This document shows positions 26,447-35,839 of a stretch of 64,000 nt of DNA, one piece after another. The notes below the pieces were generated by a model. The model worked only from the letters and a program-made list of their open reading frames with translations, made no database searches and had not been told where the DNA came from. A program made the position numbers and the translations under genes. Numbering within the stretch: the stretch's first letter is position 1; every line of letters begins with the position of its first letter. Origin of the DNA: a virus; IMG/VR virus record IMGVR_UViG_3300036893_000033, positions 1 through 64,000 of that record. The stretch is one strand, 5' to 3'.

Positions 26447-26977
26447 ATGAAGGTATGGCGACCGGTCATGGTTAACGGCGCGCGGTCGGATATGACGGGA
26501 TGCAGCGCGATGCAACTTCAGATCGCAGCCGATGACCTGGCGGTATTTGAGGCCGGACTGGAGTACTTGCGCCGGGGACTGCCGAACTTCCACGCAACTC
26601 CGGACCAGCCAATCGTCGCCCAGTCAATCGTCCCGAAACTGAAACCGCGTCCGCGATGGTCGAGGGTCGGCGACTGTCGTGAGGTCAGCCGAACCACCGG
26701 ACAGCACTGCAAAGGACCGGCGTCCTACGCGAACCAGCTTTGCTACGCGCACTGGCGGGATTTGATCGGTCATCGCTGGCCGATTGACCGCTGGTCGATG
26801 GACCACTGCATGCCCTGCGAATGTGGAGCGGTGCGGATTGAGTGGCATTGCTGGATGCCGAGTTGGCCCCGCCTGAAGAAAGCGGCCGAAGCACAACTGA
26901 AAGAGCCGTGCCCCGCCAATGGAAAGAGCGAGCGAGCGCTTGAGATCCTGGATTACTTGCGGCGCTTGAAAGGTTGA
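26447..26977 (+). CDS. Cys/His-rich hypothetical protein
   Basis: 176-aa ORF; C...C...LCYAH. Confidence 0.5.
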   Translation: MKVWRPVMVNGARSDMTGCSAMQLQIAADDLAVFEAGLEYLRRGLPNFHATPDQPIVAQSIVPKLKPRPRWSRVGDCREVSRTTGQHCKGPASYANQLCYAHWRDLIGHRWPIDRWSMDHCMPCECGAVRIEWHCWMPSWPRLKKAAEAQLKEPCPANGKSERALEILDYLRRLKG

Positions 26978-27033
26978 GTGCCGCTCAGCCACGTTCCGCC
27001 CGAACGGGTGTCCCCGTAAAAAATACCAGCCCG

Positions 27034-27063
27034 TTGACTCTGGAGCGTTAATTAGCGTATAGT
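27034..27063 (+). promoter_or_regulatory. Promoter
   Basis: TTGACT-18 nt-TATAGT. Confidence 0.55.
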
Positions 27064-27112
27064 AAAAGTATGGCACTGGTTCAGAGATGAGGGTAAGAGA
27101 TGAGGGTAAGAG

Positions 27113-27310
27113 ATGAGGGTAAGAGATGATGGTCAGCAGTCGGCCGACCTCACCGCCGCCGCCTCGGCCATGGGGCGTAAGGGAGGCGCGGTTAAGGTCC
27201 CCAAGGGCCTCGCAACGATGTCGCCGGAGGATAAGAAGCGGGTGCGGGCTGAGGGGTTAAAGACGCGGCGGAAGCGGGCGCTGGAGAGGCTGAGGGGGTG
27301 GCTCCCGTGA
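27113..27310 (+). CDS. KGG-motif small basic protein
   Basis: AASAMGRKGG...MSPEDKKRV; preceded by a 13-bp repeat AGAGATGAGGGTA x3. Confidence 0.6.
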   Translation: MRVRDDGQQSADLTAAASAMGRKGGAVKVPKGLATMSPEDKKRVRAEGLKTRRKRALERLRGWLP

Positions 27311-27486
27311 TCCACCGCCAGATCCTGCCGCCATGGGGAGGCCGTGGGTGGGGTAAGGTGGACTGCCCGCACTGCGGGCGCAAGGGCGTCGATAAGTCGG
27401 CTCCAAACCAGGTCACGTGCGGCGGGGCTGCGTGCCGGGATAAGCAGAAGAGTCATGGGCGGAAGCGGATGGTTAAGGAGGGTTAA
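27307..27486 (+). CDS. Small zinc-finger protein
   Basis: CPHCG...QVTCGGAAC. Confidence 0.55.
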   Translation: MIHRQILPPWGGRGWGKVDCPHCGRKGVDKSAPNQVTCGGAACRDKQKSHGRKRMVKEG

Positions 27487-27852
27487 AGCATGAGGCGTAT
27501 TCTGGCTGGTCGAGGTTGGAGCGGGCCGGGACTGATAAGCCTGCGCCTGCCGTACAGGCACGGCGGAATGAAGGGAGAGCACGCTGACGTAAAGCCACCG
27601 TCGAATGGCTCTGAGTTCTGGTTCTGTGGCTGTGACGAGGTGCCTGGAGCGGTGGCCGATGCGGGAAATGGTAGCGCCACAGGTTTCGGGGTGGCAACCT
27701 TCCCCGAAGAAATCGTAATTAAAGTCTTTATTTTGTTATGGTAATGTGTGGCAACCAGAAGGAAGAAAAAATGAACGACGTACCGGCTGAAAGCCGGTAG
27801 CCGCTAAAAGCTCTCCAGCTGAAAGCCGGAGGTATCTACCTCAGGAGTTGAA

Positions 27853-28263
27853 ATGAACCGTCAGAACATTGAATGGATGCCGCCGTGGTTGAAGGCGGTT
27901 GAGACGTTAGCTATCGATACAGGAACCGCCAGCGCCACTGTCCGGCTTGCGCCCGACAACGCCTACAACGTCATGCAATTGGAGCATCATAAAATCCCGG
28001 ATGCTTGGCTGCCGGATGCGTGGCTAAGGAAGGGAGGGGAGGATTGGTTCCGGGTGCCCCGCGCAGGCGAGTGGTATCTGTCCACCAAAGGCGTGCGCTT
28101 GCTGGAGTCCGATCTGTCTTTCGGGGCATTACTAACCGACAACTATGGCAGTAACCAGTACGGCCATGACAACCGCCGCATTATTCTGGAGCCGGTGACG
28201 GCGGAGCGGACGCTGGAGGATAGAGTGACGGAGCTGGAGCGAAAGGCTTCGGCGCGGGGTTGA
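27853..28263 (+). CDS. Hypothetical protein
   Basis: AGGAG RBS; FRVPRAGEWYLS. Confidence 0.6.
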   Translation: MNRQNIEWMPPWLKAVETLAIDTGTASATVRLAPDNAYNVMQLEHHKIPDAWLPDAWLRKGGEDWFRVPRAGEWYLSTKGVRLLESDLSFGALLTDNYGSNQYGHDNRRIILEPVTAERTLEDRVTELERKASARG

Positions 28264-28300
28264 GGGGCAGAGCGTTAAGTAACCGTATTAGCCACGCGCC

Positions 28301-28522
28301 ATGATCGCCGAATACATCCTCCACCACCTCCGTCTGGAATGTGACGCGATACCGCCGCGCGGCATGCACTGTCAGGTCGCGGGTGAGTGGTCGGCGGACA
28401 CGCACGTAAACGTTAACATGCTGGCCTATCACGCAGGCTGGCGCATGCACGGTGAGCGGCATATCTGTCCGACGTGCCTGAGGCGGCAGGGGCGGGTCAG
28501 GTGGAAGGTGCGCGGTAAATGA
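28301..28522 (+). CDS. Small zinc-binding protein
   Basis: LECD...C...AGW...HICPTC. Confidence 0.55.
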   Translation: MIAEYILHHLRLECDAIPPRGMHCQVAGEWSADTHVNVNMLAYHAGWRMHGERHICPTCLRRQGRVRWKVRGK

Positions 28523-28713
28523 TCGAGGCCGCTCTCTGCGCCGTAGTCGTAACCGCCTGCTGTATGTCAGCGGTTGACCCTGTGCTGGCTGTTGTGTGGT
28601 CGCTTTCGGTGCTATTGTTATTGCATCTGGTTTCTGATTACGGGGAAGACCAACCGAACTCCGAAGTCACGCAGGATCGTCCACGAAAAGTCGGCGAAGG
28701 TATTGCGGATTAA
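28519..28713 (+). CDS. Small membrane protein
   Basis: Hydrophobic; ATGA-coupled. Confidence 0.45.
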   Translation: MIEAALCAVVVTACCMSAVDPVLAVVWSLSVLLLLHLVSDYGEDQPNSEVTQDRPRKVGEGIAD

Positions 28714-28798
28714 GCGGAAGGAGCACGGGTTGTTATGGTAATATGCCAGCAGGCGGCACCGGGAAGAAGTGATCCGGTAGTACGCTCTGAGGTGTTAT

Positions 28799-29272
28799 AT
28801 GGAAAACGAAAAAGCAACTGCTCGCGCCAGCGGCGTCGTGCGCGCGAAGTTCAAAGTTCAGTCCTACGAGACCAGCCTTGATCGCGGAGAAGAACTCCGG
28901 ACGATTAAACTCACCGCCGTCTACGACGGATCTCCAGAAAACAAGCAGTTCTTTAAGTGGACCCCCAATGGAACTATCAGTATCGGTGTGCTGAATCGGT
29001 CGGCGTGGGAGCAGTTTGCGTTGGGCGAAGAAAAATACGTAGACTTTGTTAGCGCTGGGGAGGTGGTTGGCTCGGAGCCTTCAGTGGATGAGTTCCATAT
29101 CGCCTTCTACACCAAAGACTGCCCGCCTGGAACGATGGACGCCGTTCGGGTGCGGGTGGACATGGTCCGCCAGCGCGACATGAACGTGAAGATGAGCGTG
29201 GCACTGTGCGACCACCCGCTGTACAGCGAGATCGCGCGGTATGTCGAGAGTAACCCGGTGCCACGTGGGTAA
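28799..29272 (+). CDS. Conserved phage hypothetical protein
   Basis: VRAKFKV...SPENKQFFKWTPNGTI...YVDF. Confidence 0.7.
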   Translation: MENEKATARASGVVRAKFKVQSYETSLDRGEELRTIKLTAVYDGSPENKQFFKWTPNGTISIGVLNRSAWEQFALGEEKYVDFVSAGEVVGSEPSVDEFHIAFYTKDCPPGTMDAVRVRVDMVRQRDMNVKMSVALCDHPLYSEIARYVESNPVPRG

Positions 29273-29494
29273 GGCGGCGGGGAGTCGTCCGCCCGCAGGC
29301 TTTCTTGAGGTTGGGCTGGACATGGTCGCCTCCGGGGAGATTAACGCGCGAACGGGAGATGGTGGCGAGGTTCTATTCTCCTCGAAGCCGTTGTAAGATA
29401 GTTCCGAAAGGAGCCGCCTTTAATGGCGGGCGCGGAAGATACAGGGCAGGGGCCACCCGGAGCACGCTTAACGGCGGGGTGGCCCCTTTAGTAT

Positions 29495-30415
29495 TCAGGC
29501 CAGCGCCAGCCCCGCGCCGCAACGCCCGCAGAACAGGTTCCCGTGCTTATTATTCTTGCCGCACGTCCCACAGGTGAGTTTGTGCGCCACGGTGATTGGC
29601 TCCGTGACTGGAGCACCCGCGACCACCCCGCGCAGTTTCAGGACGATCGCTGAGGATGTCGGCTCAAGCGGGAAACCGGAGACGAGAGTAAATTGCTGGT
29701 TGCTGAGGCCACCGGGGACGGTGATGCCTTCGTGGGTGGAGGAGGCGGCGGGGCCAGGCGCGCCTCGTAATGGCCCCATCTTCGCTCCGCGCGCCTGAAT
29801 AGATGACCGCTGGCGGAGGCTGGGTCCGCTATTGGTGTTCTGGCCGCTGAAGCTTGTTGCGCTGGTTGCGGCGCTGTTGGCGGCATTGATCGGCCACGTA
29901 GTGCCGCCTGTCGCATTGCACCACGTTCCGTACGGATGCTCCCAGTAGGGGCGCGGTCGATACGGAGGCAGGTAGGGAGCCGGGCAGGGAGGATACCAGA
30001 GGCCTGGTCCCGGTGAGGGCACAGGATAAGACACCGGGATGTACGTGTACGGTTCTATCTTCTCTCGCCACGCCTCGACCCGCACCAGGCCATCCTCGGC
30101 TCCGATCCCGCGATGAGCCTCGACCGCCGCCGACCGCTCGATGAACTTAAAGCGGTTGCCCTGCGTGAGGTTGCCGCCCTTAACGAATCGCTCAAGCTCG
30201 ACGCTCTGGTTAGCGCCGATGATCACGGCGCCGACCGCGTCCTCGCCGTCGATGGCCATATTGATCTGGGCACGCACGGAGTTGAGGTTTTTTACCAGTA
30301 CCGTGTACTCGGAGCCGAAGGGCAGGGATACGGCATCTCCCGACTCTCTGTCGCGAGATTCGCGGAGGATTTTTCCGTCCTGTTTTACGCAAACGACTAT
30401 TTGATTTTTATGCAC
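29495..30415 (-). CDS. Conserved phage hypothetical protein with C-terminal zinc ribbon
   Basis: GKILRE..VSLPFGSEYTVLVKNLNS; GITVPG; CGTCG...FCGRCG. Confidence 0.8.
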   Translation of the reverse strand: MHKNQIVVCVKQDGKILRESRDRESGDAVSLPFGSEYTVLVKNLNSVRAQINMAIDGEDAVGAVIIGANQSVELERFVKGGNLTQGNRFKFIERSAAVEAHRGIGAEDGLVRVEAWREKIEPYTYIPVSYPVPSPGPGLWYPPCPAPYLPPYRPRPYWEHPYGTWCNATGGTTWPINAANSAATSATSFSGQNTNSGPSLRQRSSIQARGAKMGPLRGAPGPAASSTHEGITVPGGLSNQQFTLVSGFPLEPTSSAIVLKLRGVVAGAPVTEPITVAHKLTCGTCGKNNKHGNLFCGRCGAGLALA

Positions 30416-30532
30416 GAGGGGTGCCTTTCCAGCGCACGGAGCAAGCGCTCTTTTTTAGGCTCCGTTGGGATTTTAAATACGCTGTCAGTTTAGCCTGGGC
30501 TGCGCCCGCTGTCAAGGGTTACCCTGAGATCA

Positions 30533-32686
30533 GTGGCAAAGAAAGCCGTAGCGGTCGCGCCGCAACCGAAGCCGGGCAGGTTCACCGATAAGCAAGTTCA
30601 GGCAAGCGATTTAATGCGCGGTGAAAACCGCCATACACAGCTTGAAGGCGGATCTCGCTGCGTTGCCAGTTGGACGATTCTTGATGGACAGGATAAGACG
30701 ATCAAGGAACTGGCCGAGATCGGCAAGCCAGTCCGGGTGATCACCTCTCGCGGTACGCAGGTAGCGGAAGCACCTTTCCTTAAAGGCTACTGTCGGATGC
30801 TGGAAGTGACGCTGGCGTCGGGTCGTCGAATAACGGTGACGCCTGATCATCGGTTCTGGTCGCAGTCAGGGTGGGTTCAGGCGCAGCGGCTGCTTCCTGG
30901 CGTTGGGGTCGCCGTTCTGCCGGAGGGTCGGATTGAAAGGCTCAGCGACGTCCTTCTGTTGGCATGGTGGCGGTTAACTGGCAAGTCACGAGATAACCCG
31001 GCGCCCGGCGGTTACGCCATGGATCGCGTCGTCTCCGTTATCGGCGCTGCGGAGCTTCCATACTACACGCTTCACGTCCCGGTAACCGAGCAATATTTCG
31101 CCAACGGCATCCTGAACCACAACTCCGGCAAAACAGCGGTAATAGTCCGCAACATCATCAACCGCGCGTTGTTCAACGCGGGTAGCCGCCATGTCAGCCT
31201 CAGGCTTCACCGCGTCAATGCCTGGGAGTCCCTCTGGCTCGACACAATCCCGAAGGTGATGGACCTTTTCTTTCCAGGGCTGCGCGCGACGGTTAAGCTG
31301 AATCTCCAGTTTGGCTACATGACGTTCCCGAACGGCGCTGAGTATTGGGTCGGCGGGCTCGACGATAAAGACCGTGTTGACAAAGTACTTGGCAGGGAGT
31401 TCAGCACCATTCACATTAATGAATCTTCACAGATCTCATACCAGTCGGTTCTGACCGTCCGTACCCGCCTTGTGCAGCGCGTTGTGGGGCGCAAGGGGCT
31501 CTGTGGTCAGTGCAAGGACCACTCGACGCACGTTACCCCTGAAGGCATAATCTCTTCCTGCTACCTGAAAAACAGGGAATTCCACGATCTCAACCCTATC
31601 GGGCGCGGGCACTGGAGTTACAAGGAGTTCCACCTCAACGTTGACCCGTTGTCGCCGGAGAAGAAGCTGAACCCCGCCGACTACGCCTGGTTGAAGATGA
31701 ACCCGGTCGATAACCTGCAAAACATCGACCCCGATTATTTGGCCATGCTCGACCGGATGCCGGCACGTATGCGCGCGCGGTTCAGGGATGGCGACTACCA
31801 GGACGAACTGCCGGGAGCGCTCTGGACCTCGATGGTACTGGATCGCTGTCTCGGAGATGTATGCGGCGGGACCAACGACTTCCCCGTCCCCATGCGCCGT
31901 ATCGTCGTAGGCGTAGATCCGTCGGGAGCCTCAGGCGCTATCGGGGAAAAGGCCGACAACATCGGCATCGTCGTCTGCGGCATGGGCGAGGATAACCGCG
32001 CTTACGTCCTCGAAGACGCCAGCATGACGGGCTCCCCTGAAAAGTGGGCCTCCATGGTCAACGACATGTGGCTAAAATGGGGCGCGGACCTGGTGGTCGC
32101 CGAACGGAATTACGGCGGGGAGATGGTCCGCAGCACGCTTCACCATGCAAACCCACACATGCGCGTGGACCTGGTAACTTCGTCGCGGGGGAAAATATTG
32201 AGAGCGGACCCCGTGTCTCTGCTGTACGAGAATCAGCCGACGCGAGTTATCCACTGCGGAGTATTCCAGACGCTCGAAGAGGAGATGTGCTCGATCCGCA
32301 GCGGCGACACGGCGGAGGATGTCAGGAAAAGACTGGGGCGTTCGCCGGGGTCGCTGGACGCCTGCGTGTTCGCGCTCACGGAGCTGTTCGGCTTAAACCG
32401 GAGCATGGGGCTGATCGAGTTAATGAAGAAGATGGCGGAGAACCCTGTGGTGCAGGGTCAGATTGGAGATAACGAGTTGGCCAAAAAGATTATGGGTAAG
32501 GTGGTTGGCAGTCAGATGACAAAGCCCGCAGTCGGGGATGAGACACTGGCGTGCCCCGCGTGTACGTCGGTGTCGGTGTCGCGGATGCAGCAGGGCTGGC
32601 GGTGCTCGCAGTGCGCGCACGTCTGGGGAAATCTGATATTGCCGCCGGGGATGCCGAAGAGGGGTGACGTGGCGAAGACGTGGTGA
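30533..32686 (+). CDS. terL: Terminase large subunit with intein
   Basis: GGSR|intein|SGKT Walker A; HINES Walker B; DLNP; nuclease IVVGVDPS, VAERNYGG. Confidence 0.92.
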   Translation: MAKKAVAVAPQPKPGRFTDKQVQASDLMRGENRHTQLEGGSRCVASWTILDGQDKTIKELAEIGKPVRVITSRGTQVAEAPFLKGYCRMLEVTLASGRRITVTPDHRFWSQSGWVQAQRLLPGVGVAVLPEGRIERLSDVLLLAWWRLTGKSRDNPAPGGYAMDRVVSVIGAAELPYYTLHVPVTEQYFANGILNHNSGKTAVIVRNIINRALFNAGSRHVSLRLHRVNAWESLWLDTIPKVMDLFFPGLRATVKLNLQFGYMTFPNGAEYWVGGLDDKDRVDKVLGREFSTIHINESSQISYQSVLTVRTRLVQRVVGRKGLCGQCKDHSTHVTPEGIISSCYLKNREFHDLNPIGRGHWSYKEFHLNVDPLSPEKKLNPADYAWLKMNPVDNLQNIDPDYLAMLDRMPARMRARFRDGDYQDELPGALWTSMVLDRCLGDVCGGTNDFPVPMRRIVVGVDPSGASGAIGEKADNIGIVVCGMGEDNRAYVLEDASMTGSPEKWASMVNDMWLKWGADLVVAERNYGGEMVRSTLHHANPHMRVDLVTSSRGKILRADPVSLLYENQPTRVIHCGVFQTLEEEMCSIRSGDTAEDVRKRLGRSPGSLDACVFALTELFGLNRSMGLIELMKKMAENPVVQGQIGDNELAKKIMGKVVGSQMTKPAVGDETLACPACTSVSVSRMQQGWRCSQCAHVWGNLILPPGMPKRGDVAKTW
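30659..31123 (+). mobile_element. Mini-intein (155 aa) in the TerL Walker A motif
   Basis: Starts with C (CVASWT), block B TPDHRF, ends ANGILNHN followed by Ser +1; no LAGLIDADG motif. Confidence 0.92.
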
Positions 32687-32845
32687 CAGGGGGATGAGGG
32701 AGGGTGGATATGCGCAGGCAGGACAGCAGGCCGGGCACTCGCTGCGCCTGCGGACAGCCAGCCGCCGAGCACATAGCTCCGCCCACGCAGGAGTTAAAGA
32801 AACCCGCCGGGGTGAATATGTCGCTCAGGAAATGACCGCCGGTAG

Positions 32846-33043
32846 TCACCTGGGCAGCGTTAGCGGTGAGAGGTAGCCAGCAGCGCCGAACAGGAAACTG
32901 AGCAGCCATAGGCACACGCAGACCACGACTACGACGCGGATGATCTTTTGAATCATGGCGTCCATGGGTATTTGCTCGATCACCCACAAGATGAGACCCA
33001 CAACCACGAGCGCGATGATGATTTGGATTAACGGGAATGGCAT
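32846..33043 (-). CDS. Small two-TM membrane protein (Thivi_2564-like)
   Basis: LIQIIIALVVVGLILWVIEQIPMDAMIQKIIRVVVVV. Confidence 0.7.
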   Translation of the reverse strand: MPFPLIQIIIALVVVGLILWVIEQIPMDAMIQKIIRVVVVVCVCLWLLSFLFGAAGYLSPLTLPR

Positions 33044-33080
33044 GCCGCGAGTAGTGCATGGCGGTGGCCGAAAAAAATGG

Positions 33081-33110
33081 TTGACAGCGGCTGTCATCTA
33101 AGGTTACAGT
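33081..33110 (+). promoter_or_regulatory. Promoter with palindromic operator over the -35
   Basis: TTGACA-18 nt-TACAGT; TGACAGC-G-GCTGTCA palindrome at 33082-33096. Confidence 0.65.
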
Positions 33111-33117
33111 TTAGAGC

Positions 33118-33297
33118 ATGACATCGGACAGCAAGGTTCTCAGCATCAGGCTTCCAGGCTCTGCGTTTCGCAGGCTGGCCAGGATGGCATCGCAGCAGGA
33201 GCGAAAGCCCAGCGCGATGGCCGCACTTCTCGTGAAGCGCGGACTGCCCGAGGAAGCCGTAGCGGTTAAGCAAGCGCGGCGGGAAGTGTATCCGTGA
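33118..33297 (+). CDS. Ribbon-helix-helix/Arc-like regulator (59 aa)
   Basis: MTSDSKVLSIRLPGSAFRRLARMASQQERKPSAMAALLVKRGL; hand-translated. Confidence 0.65.
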   Translation: MTSDSKVLSIRLPGSAFRRLARMASQQERKPSAMAALLVKRGLPEEAVAVKQARREVYP

Positions 33298-33440
33298 CGA
33301 ATGGACAGAAGAGGATCATGTTCTGGTCCGGTTATGTGACTGCCGGTATCGCGGGTGCTGCCTCTGATGGATATCATGGGGCGAATGAATGACGCGCTAG
33401 AGGATTTTTCGTGGTTGTTTCCTGACGTGGGGGGTGACGA

Positions 33441-33695
33441 ATGGTGATCCTTGAGCACGAAGATCCGACGCCGGGCCACTGGGCAAGGAAAGCCTTCAAC
33501 AACGCCACCTCCCGACCCTCTGTCTGGCCTCCCTTCCAGGCGTATCCGGCGCTATGGCGCATGTCGAACCGTTCAGGCCGGAAATATTACCCTGTGCGCG
33601 TGATGTCTCCGCCCGACCGTGGCCAGGTGCGCTGCTGGGTGGATGATGTGGTTTTTAAGTGGATTCCTTTGGGTGAGATTTTGGGTGCAGAATGA
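33441..33695 (+). CDS. Hypothetical protein
   Basis: 84-aa ORF in operon. Confidence 0.45.
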   Translation: MVILEHEDPTPGHWARKAFNNATSRPSVWPPFQAYPALWRMSNRSGRKYYPVRVMSPPDRGQVRCWVDDVVFKWIPLGEILGAE

Positions 33696-33881
33696 ACCGC
33701 AGAGACATGCTTAGGCTGTTCGGTGTAGGCGCAACGATAGTCCCCGTGGTCGGCGGGACGGTCCCGATGTTAAGGTTGGGGACCTAATAGCCACCAAGAA
33801 GAGGCTATTTCTTGTTGAAAAAATTCCAGACGAGGATGGCGTGTGGCACACGATTGAGGCTCTCGACATGGACGGCAAGCT

Positions 33882-34205
33882 ATGACATTCACGCGCAAAA
33901 ACAACCTCATAATCCCCGAAGACGAGCCGCTCAAGGGCCGCTCTCAGGTCGGGTATTCGCGGCGTGGCTTCCTTGGGATGCTGGCGGCGGGGGCGACGCT
34001 GGCGGCGGTGCCAGACCCCATCCCCCGCAACGTAACAGCATGGATCAGCCTTGGGCGAGACCACTACACTGATTTTCCCACGCCCACAAGGCAGCGGACG
34101 TTCGGCATTTACGCTGAGGTTCTGTCGATCTCAGTTCCGTTCCAGTTTCAAGGTACAGCACGAAAAGAGACGGTGCGCTACCGCCGTGCGGTCGCGGACG
34201 CATGA
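33882..34205 (+). CDS. Hypothetical protein with twin-arginine-like motif
   Basis: SRRGFLGMLAAGATLAAV. Confidence 0.5.
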   Translation: MTFTRKNNLIIPEDEPLKGRSQVGYSRRGFLGMLAAGATLAAVPDPIPRNVTAWISLGRDHYTDFPTPTRQRTFGIYAEVLSISVPFQFQGTARKETVRYRRAVADA

Positions 34206-34585
34206 ACATCCTGAACCGCCTCGGACTCTCCCCCTTCGGCGCCTATGTGCTGGGCACCGCGCTGGTCGCGTGGTCCACTGCCGCAGCCTGCCGCCACTCC
34301 TGGCTGCTGTCGATAGCGCCGCTCTGGCTCGCCGCCGCATGGGTGGCATGGAAGCTCAGCCAGCCCGTTAACGGAGACCCGGAACCACTTAAGCCGTGGT
34401 GCCTGGCGTGCGGGTCGCGGAATATAAAGCCCGAGTGGAATACGGCATCGCTGGTGCTGCACCTGCACTGTGCGATGTGCGGAGCCGCATGGGCAACGAA
34501 GTCGGTGGCTGAGGGCGTGGGCATTAAACCGGACACATGGCGGCCGCATCCGGGGGCAGTGGCGCAGAAGGAAGAGAAAAAATGA
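34202..34585 (+). CDS. Membrane protein with zinc ribbon
   Basis: Two hydrophobic segments; CLACG...CAMCG. Confidence 0.6.
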   Translation: MNILNRLGLSPFGAYVLGTALVAWSTAAACRHSWLLSIAPLWLAAAWVAWKLSQPVNGDPEPLKPWCLACGSRNIKPEWNTASLVLHLHCAMCGAAWATKSVAEGVGIKPDTWRPHPGAVAQKEEKK

Positions 34586-34875
34586 CCACCGAAGAAAAAC
34601 AGAAACTATGGGATGGACGTCCGTCCGCGTGGATCACAGGCGAAGGTGTGCGTGGGATGGTGGATGCGGCGTTTGCGCGTCACGCGGAACTGGCAGGCCA
34701 GAAAGTCGATGACTTCATGATGAAGATCACGGGTGAGGAAAAAGCTGGTATCTCTGATTCCATGTCCCGCGAACCGATGATTATGATTGGGGCGATCATT
34801 GGGTATCTGGATGCGGTTTATGTTCAGCAGCACGGGATCACCATAGAGGAAATGGATGCGTTTGCCACGGAATAG
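34582..34875 (+). CDS. Hypothetical protein
   Basis: ATGA-coupled. Confidence 0.55.
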   Translation: MTTEEKQKLWDGRPSAWITGEGVRGMVDAAFARHAELAGQKVDDFMMKITGEEKAGISDSMSREPMIMIGAIIGYLDAVYVQQHGITIEEMDAFATE

Positions 34876-34935
34876 CCGTCTCTGGCTGTTGCGGTATCTG
34901 CGGGCGAAGTACGCGGTGCTGCGGAGGCGGCTACG

Positions 34936-35121
34936 TTGACTACGGCCTCCCCCCTCTGGCTGATCCGCCTGCAAGCCCGCTGGCGGATATGGTGGAACCT
35001 CTGCCCCGCCTGTAACTCGGACGCGCCGGGGCTGGATACGTGCAAGTTGTGCTGCGGTGCGCGGGATTATCCGTTGACGGACGAGCAAATACAGCGGTAC
35101 CGGAAGGCGTATTTACTTTGA
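34936..35121 (+). CDS. Small Cys-rich protein
   Basis: LCPACNSDAP..DTCKLC; GGAGG RBS. Confidence 0.55.
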   Translation: MTTASPLWLIRLQARWRIWWNLCPACNSDAPGLDTCKLCCGARDYPLTDEQIQRYRKAYLL

Positions 35122-35759
35122 ATCCTTATGAGGTCCTCGACCTCCCCACCGACGCCACCGAATCCGATATCCGCGAAGCCTACCGTATCCTGGCCAGACA
35201 GCACCACCCGGACATTACCGGCGACCCCGAGGCCTTCCTCCGCACCAAGAAAGCCCACGACATCCTGATCGACCCAAACACGCGGGCGGCATACGACGTC
35301 ACCGGCCTTATCGCTGGTGAGGATAACGCAATCCTGAACGCGCTCACGCTGATCCGTCAGATCACGATGAGCATCCTGAACGATAACCCGAACTGCAATA
35401 TCCTTGAGGGCGTGCTGAATAGCCTGTCTTCGCAGGAGGCTACAGCGCGGGCCAGTATCTCGCAACTCAACCGCGTGACTGACAAGTGGCGGAAGGCGGG
35501 GGATAATATTACCGCGCGATGGAGGGGCGGGGATCGGGTTAAGCGGGCACTCCTGAACACCATCGAGAGTTCGATCAACGAGGCGGAAGAGGCCAAAGCT
35601 CCGCTGGAGGCTGAGATCAGGAAGATTGACCTGGCGCGTAAGCAACTGGATGACTCCCGGTATGAGATGCCGGAATCGCCGCGCACCAGGTACTCCGCTG
35701 AGTTGTTTGGGTCGCCTGCGTGGCAGGTTAAGGTGGGTGGGAAGTGGGAGGGACCGTGA
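35118..35759 (+). CDS. J-domain (DnaJ-like) protein
   Basis: NPYEVLDL...IREAYRILARQHHPD...RAAYD. Confidence 0.9.
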   Translation: MNPYEVLDLPTDATESDIREAYRILARQHHPDITGDPEAFLRTKKAHDILIDPNTRAAYDVTGLIAGEDNAILNALTLIRQITMSILNDNPNCNILEGVLNSLSSQEATARASISQLNRVTDKWRKAGDNITARWRGGDRVKRALLNTIESSINEAEEAKAPLEAEIRKIDLARKQLDDSRYEMPESPRTRYSAELFGSPAWQVKVGGKWEGP

Positions 35760-35839
35760 CGCTGCCAGCACCCACGCCGACCTCCTATCTCCCTGATTTA
35801 TAGCGCCTACCCGCCTGTGTTTGCTACCCTGAACGCAGC

